Shown one piece after another: positions 29,431 to 38,449 of a stretch of 64,000 nt of DNA; positions within the stretch are counted from its first letter, which is position 1, and each line of letters starts with the position of its first letter. Source of the DNA: an uncultured Clostridia bacterium (GTDB lineage Bacteria > Bacillota > Clostridia > Tissierellales > DATGTQ01). Where the stretch lies: NCBI GenBank assembly GCA_964447805.1, contig CAYUTQ010000005.1, positions 8,398-72,397 on the forward strand, given 5' to 3'. The notes beneath the pieces were generated by a model, which did not search any database, was not told where the DNA came from, and saw only the letters and a list, made by a program, of their open reading frames with translations. Position numbers and translations under genes: made by a program.

Positions 29431-30669
29431 TAACAGCATTTCTATAGAATCTATTTCCATAGAGGATTATTTTATTCATTTGACGGGAGGGAATATTGAT
29501 GAACAATCTAATTAGGATGGATTTTTATCGTATGAGAAAAAGTAAAACCACATGGATTATTTTGATGTTTTTGATATTAATGATGTTTGCCTCTGTTTAT
29601 ATGTCTTATTCGGATATAGAGTATTACAAGAACAATCCATCTGCATTAGAAAATCTAAAATCATCTTCGGAGGAAGTTAATTGGGGAATGTATATAGGGA
29701 GTGTTTCGGCAAAGTGGTGCGAAGATAATAAAGTTCCCGTTGATGGATTAATCAAAATAAATATTCAGAGCAAAATTGTACTAATGTTTTTAGTTGTGTT
29801 ATTGTGGGTTTTGTAAGTAAAGAAAATACTTCTGGTTTTATTAAAAATATTGCAGGACAAGTATCAAATCGTGGATTTATATTGTTGTCTAAAATGATTA
29901 TCGTAGGGATATATTCATTAATTTTATTGGCAGTAGCAATTGTAACAATATTTGTAAGTAGTAAAATATTGTTTGGATATGTTTTTGAGGAGAATTTAGG
30001 ATTGTTGATAAAATATATTCTTTATCAATGGATATTGCATGTGGCATTTGGATCATTTATGATATTTTTAATTACACTTTTAAAAAATGAAATTGCAAGT
30101 TTATTGATAGGAATTTTAGTTTCTGCTGGTATACTACAAATTGTTGATGCTTTCATAAAATCAAATAAAAAAAGTATAATGTACTTTTTAAATTCAGGAA
30201 ACATTGGACGATTAAGTTTGGGAGATTGTAGACCATTACTTATAGCGGTTGTTTCAATGACAATATATATGGCAATTAGTATGTATGTTATCAATAATAG
30301 AGATATTCAATAAGGAGAGTATTAGGATGAAGTTTGCGTTAATTATTATCATTATTATTTTATTTATTGCTATATTATATTTATATAATTATTGGAAACA
30401 AGTTCGTTCTATTGCTGAGCAATTAAAATTTATTATTTCACATGATACAAATAAAATTATTTTTTGTAATATGAAAGATAAAGAAATAAACAAATTAGCT
30501 AGAGAAATTAATGAATTGATTAATCAATCAAAGGGTTTAAAAAAGGAATATGTAAATAAAGATATTTATTTAAAAAACACTTTAACAAGCTTATCTCATG
30601 ATATAAGAACTCCGTTAACTTCCTTAGATGGTTATATTCAATTACTAAAAGTAAGTGATGATTTGAATA
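29431..30669 (+). repeat. 1,239-bp direct repeat, copy 2
   Basis: Matches 19190-20428. Confidence 0.97.
29499..30313 (+). pseudogene. Duplicate of the frameshifted permease
   Basis: Identical 106-aa and 169-aa ORFs. Confidence 0.9.
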
Positions 30670-30698
30670 TGAGGAAAAAAGTTGATACTATTTTTTAA
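30327..30698 (+). pseudogene. Duplicate histidine kinase truncated after the H-box
   Basis: Identical to 20086 up to VSDDLN, then unrelated MRKKVDTIF*; no ATPase domain. Confidence 0.9.
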
Positions 30699-30812
30699 AA
30701 AATATAAAAAGCATATGATTTAATATTATGCTATAATAAATGGGGGAGTTTAGAAAGTTTTTTAGATATAGATAAACAATTTATTATTAATTGTAGAAAA
30801 CGGAGGAGTAAT

Positions 30813-31934
30813 ATGTTTGTTAGAGGTACTATAAAAAAAGATAAAGTAACTAAAAATTTGACTAAACGACTAGAGACAGGTGACATAGCATTAATTGCTC
30901 ATAAAGATTTAGATGAAATTGCAGCTACCTCATTAGTGGAGAAAAGGGTTAAATGTGTCATAAATACTAAAGAAACAATTAGTGGTAAATATCCTAATCA
31001 AGGACCTATGATTCTTTTGAAGGCAGATATTCCCATTTTTGAGACTTTAAATGAAGAAATTTTTGATATTATAGAAGAAGGAAATAAAATAGAAATACAA
31101 AATGAAAAAATTATTTATGCTAATAAAGTAATAGGAGAATGTAAATTATTAGATGAAGAAAAAATTGAAAAATTACTTAATAAAGGGTATGAAAATATTG
31201 AAGGAGAATTAGATAAATTTATAGAGAATACCCTTGAATATGCAAAAAAAGAAAAAGGTTTAGTTACAGGTAAAGTTAAAATACCAGATATAAAAACTAA
31301 AATAAAAAGCAAACATGTATTGATTGTTGTAAGAGGAAAAGATTACAAAAGAGATTTGGCAGCAATTCAATCATATATTAATGAAGTTCATCCTATTATG
31401 ATAGGAGTGGATGGAGGGGGAGATGCACTATTAGAATTTGGATATATGCCAGATATGGTTGTAGGTGATATGGACAGTGTTAGTGATAAATGTTTAAAGA
31501 TTGCTAAGGAAGTAGTTGTACATGCATATCCAGATGGAAGAGCACCTGGACTTGAAAGAGTTAAAAAATTAGGTGTTGAACCAGTGATATTTCCATCTCC
31601 AGGTACTAGTGAAGATATTGCATTGTTACTTGCATATTCTAATGATGCTGATTTAATTGTTGCAGTAGGTACTCATAGTAGTATGATTGATTTTTTAGAA
31701 AAAGGAAGAAGCGGTATGGCAAGTACATTTTTGGTAAGATTAAAGGTAGGATCTAAATTAATTGATGCTAAAGGTGTAAATAAACTTTATAGAAGTCATT
31801 TTAAATTAAAATATGTAATAGGACTATTAATTGCAGCTTTAATACCAATATTAGTTATAACTTTAATGTATCCACCTATGCAGCAATTAATAAAGTTAAT
31901 TAAAATTAGATTAAGAATAATGTTTGGATTATGA
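30813..31934 (+). CDS. steA: SteA-family protein (thiamine-pyrophosphokinase-like domain, C-terminal TM)
   Basis: IAHKDLD, GVDGGGDAL, GDMDSVSD, HAYPDGRAPG, GTSED, DFLEKGRSGMASTFLVRLKVGSKLIDAKGV. Confidence 0.85.
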   Translation: MFVRGTIKKDKVTKNLTKRLETGDIALIAHKDLDEIAATSLVEKRVKCVINTKETISGKYPNQGPMILLKADIPIFETLNEEIFDIIEEGNKIEIQNEKIIYANKVIGECKLLDEEKIEKLLNKGYENIEGELDKFIENTLEYAKKEKGLVTGKVKIPDIKTKIKSKHVLIVVRGKDYKRDLAAIQSYINEVHPIMIGVDGGGDALLEFGYMPDMVVGDMDSVSDKCLKIAKEVVVHAYPDGRAPGLERVKKLGVEPVIFPSPGTSEDIALLLAYSNDADLIVAVGTHSSMIDFLEKGRSGMASTFLVRLKVGSKLIDAKGVNKLYRSHFKLKYVIGLLIAALIPILVITLMYPPMQQLIKLIKIRLRIMFGL

Positions 31935-31945
31935 GGGGTGATATT

Positions 31946-32830
31946 TTGATACCAGATATAAAATATTATGTAATATCTATTGCGGCAATTTTTTTGGCTT
32001 TAGGAATAGGCATATATATAGGTTTCACCTTAGATGCACATAATTTATTGATCGAACAAAAAGATGATATGGTAACCAAAATAGAGGAGAAACTTGACTA
32101 TTTAAATAATGAAAATAATAATTTAAAAAAAGATATTGATGAATTAAATAAAAAGAATGATCAATATCAAGATTATGCAGAGGATGTTTATTCATTTGTA
32201 ATTAAGGATAGACTAGATGATGTCAATATTGCCATTGTAGAAACGAATGATGATTATGTATATTCAGGTATAGGTAAAACTTTAGAACTGGCTGGAGCAA
32301 ATGTTGTAAATATAACAACTATTACAGATAAATTTTTAAATGAAGAACTATTAAAAAATATTTGTGCTAATTCATCAAAAGAATCAAATACAAAAGGTAA
32401 TGTAATCGAAAAAGGGATAGTTGAATTAACAAGAGGATTAATAGAGGGGAAAAATACTGATTTCATACAAAAACTTAAAGAAAATGAGATAATTAATATT
32501 GTTGGAGATTATGATAAACCAGTAGATTTTATAATTATTGCTGGAGGCAGTGAGGATAAAAATTTAAATAGGATATCTAAAATTGATAAGAATATAGTAA
32601 ATATTGCTAAAAAATCTGATATTCCTATTATCGGAATAGAAAAGGAAAAAGTAACTTATTCTTATATTAAAGATTACAAAAATTTGCGTATATCTACAGT
32701 AGATAATGTAGATAGTGTTATTGGTAAAACAGCATTAATATTTTCTATGGAAGGAAGACCTGGTAATTATGGAGTAAAATCTGAAGCTGAAGAACTTTTA
32801 CCTAGTATAAGTAATAATATTTCTGAGTAG
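31946..32830 (+). CDS. SteB/MctB (DUF3186) family membrane-anchored protein
   Basis: KYYVISIAAIFLALGIGIYIG, coiled coil, ISTVDNVDSVIGKTALI, GNYGVKSEAEELLP; likely TTG 31946. Confidence 0.82.
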   Translation: MIPDIKYYVISIAAIFLALGIGIYIGFTLDAHNLLIEQKDDMVTKIEEKLDYLNNENNNLKKDIDELNKKNDQYQDYAEDVYSFVIKDRLDDVNIAIVETNDDYVYSGIGKTLELAGANVVNITTITDKFLNEELLKNICANSSKESNTKGNVIEKGIVELTRGLIEGKNTDFIQKLKENEIINIVGDYDKPVDFIIIAGGSEDKNLNRISKIDKNIVNIAKKSDIPIIGIEKEKVTYSYIKDYKNLRISTVDNVDSVIGKTALIFSMEGRPGNYGVKSEAEELLPSISNNISE

Positions 32831-32844
32831 GCAGGGGATGTTTT

Positions 32845-33525
32845 ATGGGGAATAAAAACAAAGTAGTAGCAGTAGTGCCAGTATTTAATGAAGAAAATAA
32901 AATTAAAGAGACTATTGAAACTTTAAAAGAAATAGCTATTATTGATAATATATTTGTAGTTGATGATGGTTCTACAGATAATACCTATAATATTATTAAA
33001 GAATTGAATGTTGATAAAATAAGATTAGAAAAAAATTCTGGGAAGGGTTGTGCAATTAAAAAAGCTCTTAAGATAATAGAATATGATTACTTAGTTTTAG
33101 TTGATGGAGATTTAGGGAAAAGTAGTTATGAGATACAAAAACTGATTTGTCCAGTCATCAATAATGAAGCAGATGTAACAATAGCAAAATTTCCACCACC
33201 TAAAAAGAAAGGTGGTTTTGGGTTAGTAAAAGGGTTGGCAAAGAAAGGTATTCGTTTTTATACAGGAAAAAATATTGATTCTGGATTATCTGGACAAAGA
33301 GTTTATAAAAAAGAAGTAATTGATAGTATAGAATATATACCTAATAAATTTGGAGTAGAAGTAGCTATGACAGTAGAAACTTTAAGGAAAGGCTATAATA
33401 TTAAAGAAGTTGCTGTAAATATGACTCATAGTGAAACTGGAAGAGATATTAGAGGTTTTCTTCATAGGGGAAAGCAATTTATTAATATATTATCAACTTT
33501 AATAATATTAGGGTTTAGAAGGTGA
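32845..33525 (+). CDS. GT2 glycosyltransferase
   Basis: VVPVFNEE, VVDDGSTD, GKG, VDGDL, DSGLSGQR, FGVEVAMT. Confidence 0.9.
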   Translation: MGNKNKVVAVVPVFNEENKIKETIETLKEIAIIDNIFVVDDGSTDNTYNIIKELNVDKIRLEKNSGKGCAIKKALKIIEYDYLVLVDGDLGKSSYEIQKLICPVINNEADVTIAKFPPPKKKGGFGLVKGLAKKGIRFYTGKNIDSGLSGQRVYKKEVIDSIEYIPNKFGVEVAMTVETLRKGYNIKEVAVNMTHSETGRDIRGFLHRGKQFINILSTLIILGFRR

Positions 33526-34340
33526 TGATAATGAATATTATAAGTTATCTAATAAGTTTAATATTATCTATAATAGCTATACCGTTTTTATTGGATATGC
33601 TTATGGAAAATAACTGTATTGATTTAAATTATAAAAAAGAAAAGATTCCTACGAGTTTAGGAATACTTTTTATAATTGTTCAGACAGTAACAATTAGTAT
33701 TATATCCATAGTTAAAAATTATCATGTAGATTTAATTATGACTTATTTGGTTGCATTTACATTAATGGGTTTAGTGGGAATTTTTGATGATATGGTAGGA
33801 GATACAAATATTAAAGGTTTTAAAGGGCATATTTTTGCATTATTTAAAGGAAAACTAACTACTGGTGGGTTTAAGGCAGGAATGGGATTTTTTTTGTCCT
33901 TTATGGTTTCATTGTTAGTATCTAATAGTTTTATAGAACTTATTGTAAATACTTTATTAATAGCATTATTTACTAATTTTACTAATCTTTTTGATTTGCG
34001 ACCAGGAAGGGCATCTAAAGTTTTTATATTTTTGTCTATAATATTACTTATAACAAATAATAAAGCTCATTATGTGGATTTTATTTTGTTTTCTTTTTTT
34101 GGTATAATGACTCGATATTTACCTATTGATTTAAAAGCTAAAGCTATGATGGGAGATGCAGGTTCTAATAGTTTGGGATTAACTTTAGGAGTATATTGTG
34201 TTTTTAGTCATAGTTTAAAGGTAAGAGTGATATATTTAATTATTTTAATAATATTACAAGTAGTAGCTGAATTTGTATCTTTTTCTAAGATAATAGAAAA
34301 AAATAAGATATTGAGTTTTATTGATAATATTGGTAGATAG
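33522..34340 (+). CDS. MraY/WecA-like (GT4/PNPT) membrane protein
   Basis: GIFDD, NFTNLFDLRPGRA, MMGDAGSNSLG; multiple TMs. Confidence 0.82.
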   Translation: MMIMNIISYLISLILSIIAIPFLLDMLMENNCIDLNYKKEKIPTSLGILFIIVQTVTISIISIVKNYHVDLIMTYLVAFTLMGLVGIFDDMVGDTNIKGFKGHIFALFKGKLTTGGFKAGMGFFLSFMVSLLVSNSFIELIVNTLLIALFTNFTNLFDLRPGRASKVFIFLSIILLITNNKAHYVDFILFSFFGIMTRYLPIDLKAKAMMGDAGSNSLGLTLGVYCVFSHSLKVRVIYLIILIILQVVAEFVSFSKIIEKNKILSFIDNIGR

Positions 34341-34351
34341 GAGGGGTAGAG

Positions 34352-35440
34352 CTGTTAAGTTATAAAAAAGGAATTGTTATTGAGGTTGTAGAAGAAGATA
34401 ATATTGACTGGATAAAGGTAAAAATTGATAATGAAGTTGAAAAAGCAGTGAATTATAAAAAAATAACAGGAAATATAAAAGCAGGGGACACTGTTATTGT
34501 AAATACAACTGCTGTTGAGCTTTCTTTAGGTACTGGAGGATATCATTATGTAATATATAATTATAGTAATGATAGGAAGAATTTAGAAGGCAAAGGGCAT
34601 ATTATGAAATTAAGGTATACTCCTTTACAGATGAAATGCTTTACAGTAGAAGAAGAAGATAGTCCATATCATGAAAAATTTACAAATTTTAAAAGTTTAA
34701 ATAGTTCAATTTATGTACTAGGGACATTACATAGTATGCTTGCTCCTCTTGCTTGTATGATGAAATATATTAATCCAACTCTTAATATAAATTATATAAT
34801 GACTGATGCAGGAGCTTTACCTATGGATTTTAGTAAAACAGTAAAGCAATTAAAAAACAAAAAAATAATCAATAAAACTATAACTGTAGGTCACGCTTTT
34901 GGTGGAGATTTAGAGTGTACAAATATTTATACTGGATTGATTGCAGCAAAAGAAGTCTTGAATAGTGATATAACTATAATTACTATGGGACCAGGAATAG
35001 TAGGAACAGGTACTAAATATGGCTTTACTGGAATAGAACAAGGCTATATAGTGGATGGAATAAATACACTAGGAGGTTTACCAGTAGTTGTACCTAGAAT
35101 AAGTTTTGCAGATAAAAGGGAAAGACATAAAGGTATTAGCCATCATACTATTACTATTCTTAGTGAAATGTGTAAAACAAGTGCTAATGTTATTTTCCCA
35201 ATACTTGATGAAAAAAAATTAAATATATTGAAAAAACAAATTTCTAAATATAGTATTGATAAAAAACACAAATTAATTTATGAAAGAGGTGAAAATATAG
35301 AAAAAGCTTTAAAAAATTATGAAATGAAAGTGACAACAATGGGCAGAGATTATAATGCTGATAAAGAATATTTTATTACTTTAGGTGCTGTAGGCGAGGG
35401 TGTAGTTAAAATTTTTAATGAAGGGGAGGAAAAGACTTAG
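34352..35440 (+). CDS. DUF3866-family protein, probable CTG start
   Basis: GDTVIVNTTAVELSLGTGGYH, GHIMKLRYTPLQ, LHSML, IMTDAGALP, GHAFGGD, RHKGISHH; frame open from 34337. Confidence 0.82.
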   Translation: MLSYKKGIVIEVVEEDNIDWIKVKIDNEVEKAVNYKKITGNIKAGDTVIVNTTAVELSLGTGGYHYVIYNYSNDRKNLEGKGHIMKLRYTPLQMKCFTVEEEDSPYHEKFTNFKSLNSSIYVLGTLHSMLAPLACMMKYINPTLNINYIMTDAGALPMDFSKTVKQLKNKKIINKTITVGHAFGGDLECTNIYTGLIAAKEVLNSDITIITMGPGIVGTGTKYGFTGIEQGYIVDGINTLGGLPVVVPRISFADKRERHKGISHHTITILSEMCKTSANVIFPILDEKKLNILKKQISKYSIDKKHKLIYERGENIEKALKNYEMKVTTMGRDYNADKEYFITLGAVGEGVVKIFNEGEEKT

Positions 35441-35441
35441 T

Positions 35442-35981
35442 ATGAATTTTGAAGAGAAAACAATGAAGACAGAACATATTTATAAAGGCAAATTGTTAAA
35501 CTTGAGAATTGATACAGTAGAATTACCAGATAAAAAGTACTCTAAAAGAGAGATAGTAGAGCATCCTGGTGCAGTAGCTATTGTTCCTATTACGGAAGAA
35601 AATGAAATAATTCTTGTGAAACAATATAGAAAAGCAGTTGAGAGTCATCTTTTAGAAATACCAGCTGGGAAAATAGAAATTAATGAAGAACCAAGGGAAA
35701 CTGCTATTAGAGAACTTAAAGAAGAAACAGGAGTTACAGCAAAAAAAATAGAATACATTTTTGAATTTTATACGTCTCCTGGATTTTCAAATGAAAAAAT
35801 GTATTTGTTTGTAGCAACAGAGTTGTGTGAGGGCTCAATGGAACTAGATAATGATGAATATATTGAAGTTACGAAAATTGAAATGAATGAGTTAATAAAT
35901 ATGATTAAAAAAGGACAAATATTAGATAGCAAAACAATAATAGGTGTTTATGTAGCTCAAAAATTTTTAGAAAATAAATAA
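35442..35981 (+). CDS. ADP-ribose pyrophosphatase-like NUDIX hydrolase
   Basis: VEHPGAV, EIPAGKIE..E...TAIRELKEETG Nudix box, FYTSPGF. Confidence 0.93.
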   Translation: MNFEEKTMKTEHIYKGKLLNLRIDTVELPDKKYSKREIVEHPGAVAIVPITEENEIILVKQYRKAVESHLLEIPAGKIEINEEPRETAIRELKEETGVTAKKIEYIFEFYTSPGFSNEKMYLFVATELCEGSMELDNDEYIEVTKIEMNELINMIKKGQILDSKTIIGVYVAQKFLENK

Positions 35982-35992
35982 AAATTACTTAG

Positions 35993-36021
35993 TGATATTA
36001 TCCTCCTTATATGCATAAGAT
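35993..36021 (+). promoter_or_regulatory. SigE-like promoter for spoIIM
   Basis: TGATATT-N14-CATAAGAT. Confidence 0.55.
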
Positions 36022-36064
36022 TTTCATATAGGGCTTGTATGTTGTATGAAGGGAGGATAAATTC

Positions 36065-36700
36065 TTGCAATATAGAATAAAAAACTGGTTTCGAAGACAG
36101 TTCCAAGATAATTTTATAGTTTATTTTACTATGATGATTTTTTTAATTGTAGGGATAATTATTGGTTCAATAACTATCAAAGTATTAAATGGAGAACAAA
36201 AAAGTGAAATATTAAATTTTTTTAATTCTTTTTTTAAAACATTATCTAATAATGAATATGATAATATACAAATTTTTAAACAATCTATTTTGGACAATTT
36301 TAAAACTATTTTTATCATTTGGATAACTGGTATTCTTATAATTGGGATACCAATAATTCCTATTATTGTATTATTGAGAGGGTTTGCATTGGGTTTTACA
36401 GTTGGTTTTTTAGTAAATGAATTTGGTTTTAAAGGTTTTCTTTTTTCTCTACTTGCTATATTACCTCAAAATTTATTTATTCTTCCAGGTATTATTTCAG
36501 TATCATCTTCAGGATTAATTTTTTCTTTAAAACAAGTAAGTGGTAATAAAATTAGGACTCGTAGAGAAAGCATATTGCAGGATTTTATTAATTATTCTAT
36601 TACAACTTTAATGTATTCTATTATTATAATTATTGGTAGTTTAATAGAAGGATATATTACACCTAATTTTATAAGATTATTGTCAGAGTATTTTTCTTAG
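36065..36700 (+). CDS. spoIIM: Stage II sporulation protein M
   Basis: RGFALGFTVGFLV, LPQNLFILP, GSLIEGYITP; between NUDIX and xerD. Confidence 0.9.
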   Translation: MQYRIKNWFRRQFQDNFIVYFTMMIFLIVGIIIGSITIKVLNGEQKSEILNFFNSFFKTLSNNEYDNIQIFKQSILDNFKTIFIIWITGILIIGIPIIPIIVLLRGFALGFTVGFLVNEFGFKGFLFSLLAILPQNLFILPGIISVSSSGLIFSLKQVSGNKIRTRRESILQDFINYSITTLMYSIIIIIGSLIEGYITPNFIRLLSEYFS

Positions 36701-36713
36701 AGGAGAATTTTAT

Positions 36714-37604
36714 ATGGAAGATTTAATTGAAAAATATGATGAATATCTCAAAGAATATAAGCAGTTATCAATTAATACATTAGATGCTTATATAAGCGAT
36801 GTATTGCAGTTTAAAACATATTTAGATAATATTGGTCCAATTAGTTTATTAGAAGTAAATAAAACTCATATAATAACATATTTGATGTTTTTACAAAAAG
36901 AAAATATGGCAGTATCTACTATAAATAGAATTTTATCATCTTTAAGATGTTTTTATCAATATTTATTAAACAATAAAATGATTTGTGAAGATCCAACTTT
37001 TAATTTGAAAGCACCTCAATACGAGAAAAAACTTCCTAATATACTGACTCTTGAGGAAGTTGATTTGTTTTTATCTTTGCCTCAAGATGATAAATTTAAA
37101 GGTGCTAGAGATAAAGCTATGTTAGAGTTATTGTATGGGACGGGAATGGGAGTATCAGAAATTGTATCATTAAATTTGGATAATATAGATTTAGATATAG
37201 GGTATGTAAATATTAATAAATCCAAATCTAATGAAAGAGTAATTCCCATAGGTAAAATTGCTTTAGAATGCTTAGAAAATTATATTTATAATTTTAGAGA
37301 TTGTATTGTAGATGATAAAAATGAAAAGGCTTTATTTGTGAATTATAGAGGTAAAAGATTAACTAGACAAGGATTTTGGAAAATTGTAAAACAGTATACT
37401 AAAAAATCGGGTATTGCTAAAAAAATAACTCCTCAAATTTTAAGACATTCTTTTGCAGTACATTTATTACAAAATGGAGCAGATTTAAAAACTGTTCAAG
37501 AAATATTGGGACATTCAGATATTTCAACGACTAATTTTTATTTTTCATTTCTAAAGGATACTCCGTTGAGAGACATTTATAAAAAAACACATCCAAGAGC
37601 ATAG
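36714..37604 (+). CDS. xerD: XerD/RipX-like tyrosine recombinase with degenerate active site
   Basis: RDKAMLELLYGTG, LTRQGFWKI, LRHSFA, LGHSD, HPRA; Gly146 in place of catalytic Arg, Gln241 in place of His. Confidence 0.88.
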   Translation: MEDLIEKYDEYLKEYKQLSINTLDAYISDVLQFKTYLDNIGPISLLEVNKTHIITYLMFLQKENMAVSTINRILSSLRCFYQYLLNNKMICEDPTFNLKAPQYEKKLPNILTLEEVDLFLSLPQDDKFKGARDKAMLELLYGTGMGVSEIVSLNLDNIDLDIGYVNINKSKSNERVIPIGKIALECLENYIYNFRDCIVDDKNEKALFVNYRGKRLTRQGFWKIVKQYTKKSGIAKKITPQILRHSFAVHLLQNGADLKTVQEILGHSDISTTNFYFSFLKDTPLRDIYKKTHPRA

Positions 37605-37614
37605 GAGGTATAAT

Positions 37615-38433
37615 ATGAACTTTTTAGAAAAGATTAATGAAAGTGCAGAATATATTTTAAAAAATTGTGATTATAAACCTAACATAGGTATTGTGTTAGG
37701 TTCTGGTTTAGGAGAATTGGGAGAGAAAATAGAAGAGTCAACTGTGATTGATTATAGTGATATACCTAATTTTCCCATTTCAACAGTAGAGGGACATAAA
37801 GGAAGATTAATTATTGGTAAACTTGAGGGTAAAAATGTTTTGGCTATGCAAGGAAGATTTCATTATTATGAAGGTTATCCCATAAAAGATGTGACTTTTC
37901 CTATTAGAGTAATGAAAGCAATAGGTATAGAAACATTGATAGTAACGAATGCAGCAGGAGGTTGTAATATTAATTTTAAACCTGGAGATTTGATGATAAT
38001 AAAGGATCATATTAATTTTGCAGGAGTTAATCCATTGATAGGAAAAAATTATGATGAATTAGGTATAAGATTTTTGGATATGAGTAGAGCTTATGATAGA
38101 CAATTGATACAATTAGCCAAAAATGTGAGTAAAGAAATAGATATTGATTTAAAAGAAGGTGTATATATGTGGTTTTCAGGACCTACTTTTGAAACTCCTT
38201 CAGAGATAAAAATGGCCACATTGTTAGGAGCTGATGCAGTTGGTATGTCAACTGTACCTGAAGTAATAGTAGCTAATCATGGAGGTATGCGTGTATTAGG
38301 TATTTCATGTATAACAAATATGGCAGCAGGAATTTTAGATAAGCCTTTGAACCATGAGGAAGTTATTGAAACTACTAAAAAGGTTAGAGAAAAATTTGAA
38401 CAATTAATTAGAAAAATAATTGAAAATATGTAA
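37615..38433 (+). CDS. punA: Purine nucleoside phosphorylase
   Basis: VLGSGLG, MQGRFHYYEG, TNAAGG, GPTFETPSE, VGMSTVPE, TNMAAG. Confidence 0.95.
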   Translation: MNFLEKINESAEYILKNCDYKPNIGIVLGSGLGELGEKIEESTVIDYSDIPNFPISTVEGHKGRLIIGKLEGKNVLAMQGRFHYYEGYPIKDVTFPIRVMKAIGIETLIVTNAAGGCNINFKPGDLMIIKDHINFAGVNPLIGKNYDELGIRFLDMSRAYDRQLIQLAKNVSKEIDIDLKEGVYMWFSGPTFETPSEIKMATLLGADAVGMSTVPEVIVANHGGMRVLGISCITNMAAGILDKPLNHEEVIETTKKVREKFEQLIRKIIENM

Positions 38434-38449
38434 TGAAGGTGTAGAAATT

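Noticed and set aside
29431-30669. TA at both ends of repeat copy 2 as a sign of IS630-mediated movement
   Set aside because: TA is very frequent in this AT-rich DNA and no IS ends flank the segment.
36714-37604. Tyrosine recombinase as the integrase of the accessory block
   Set aside because: It sits in the conserved spoIIM-xerD-punA core position, 6 kb outside the block, and lacks catalytic residues.
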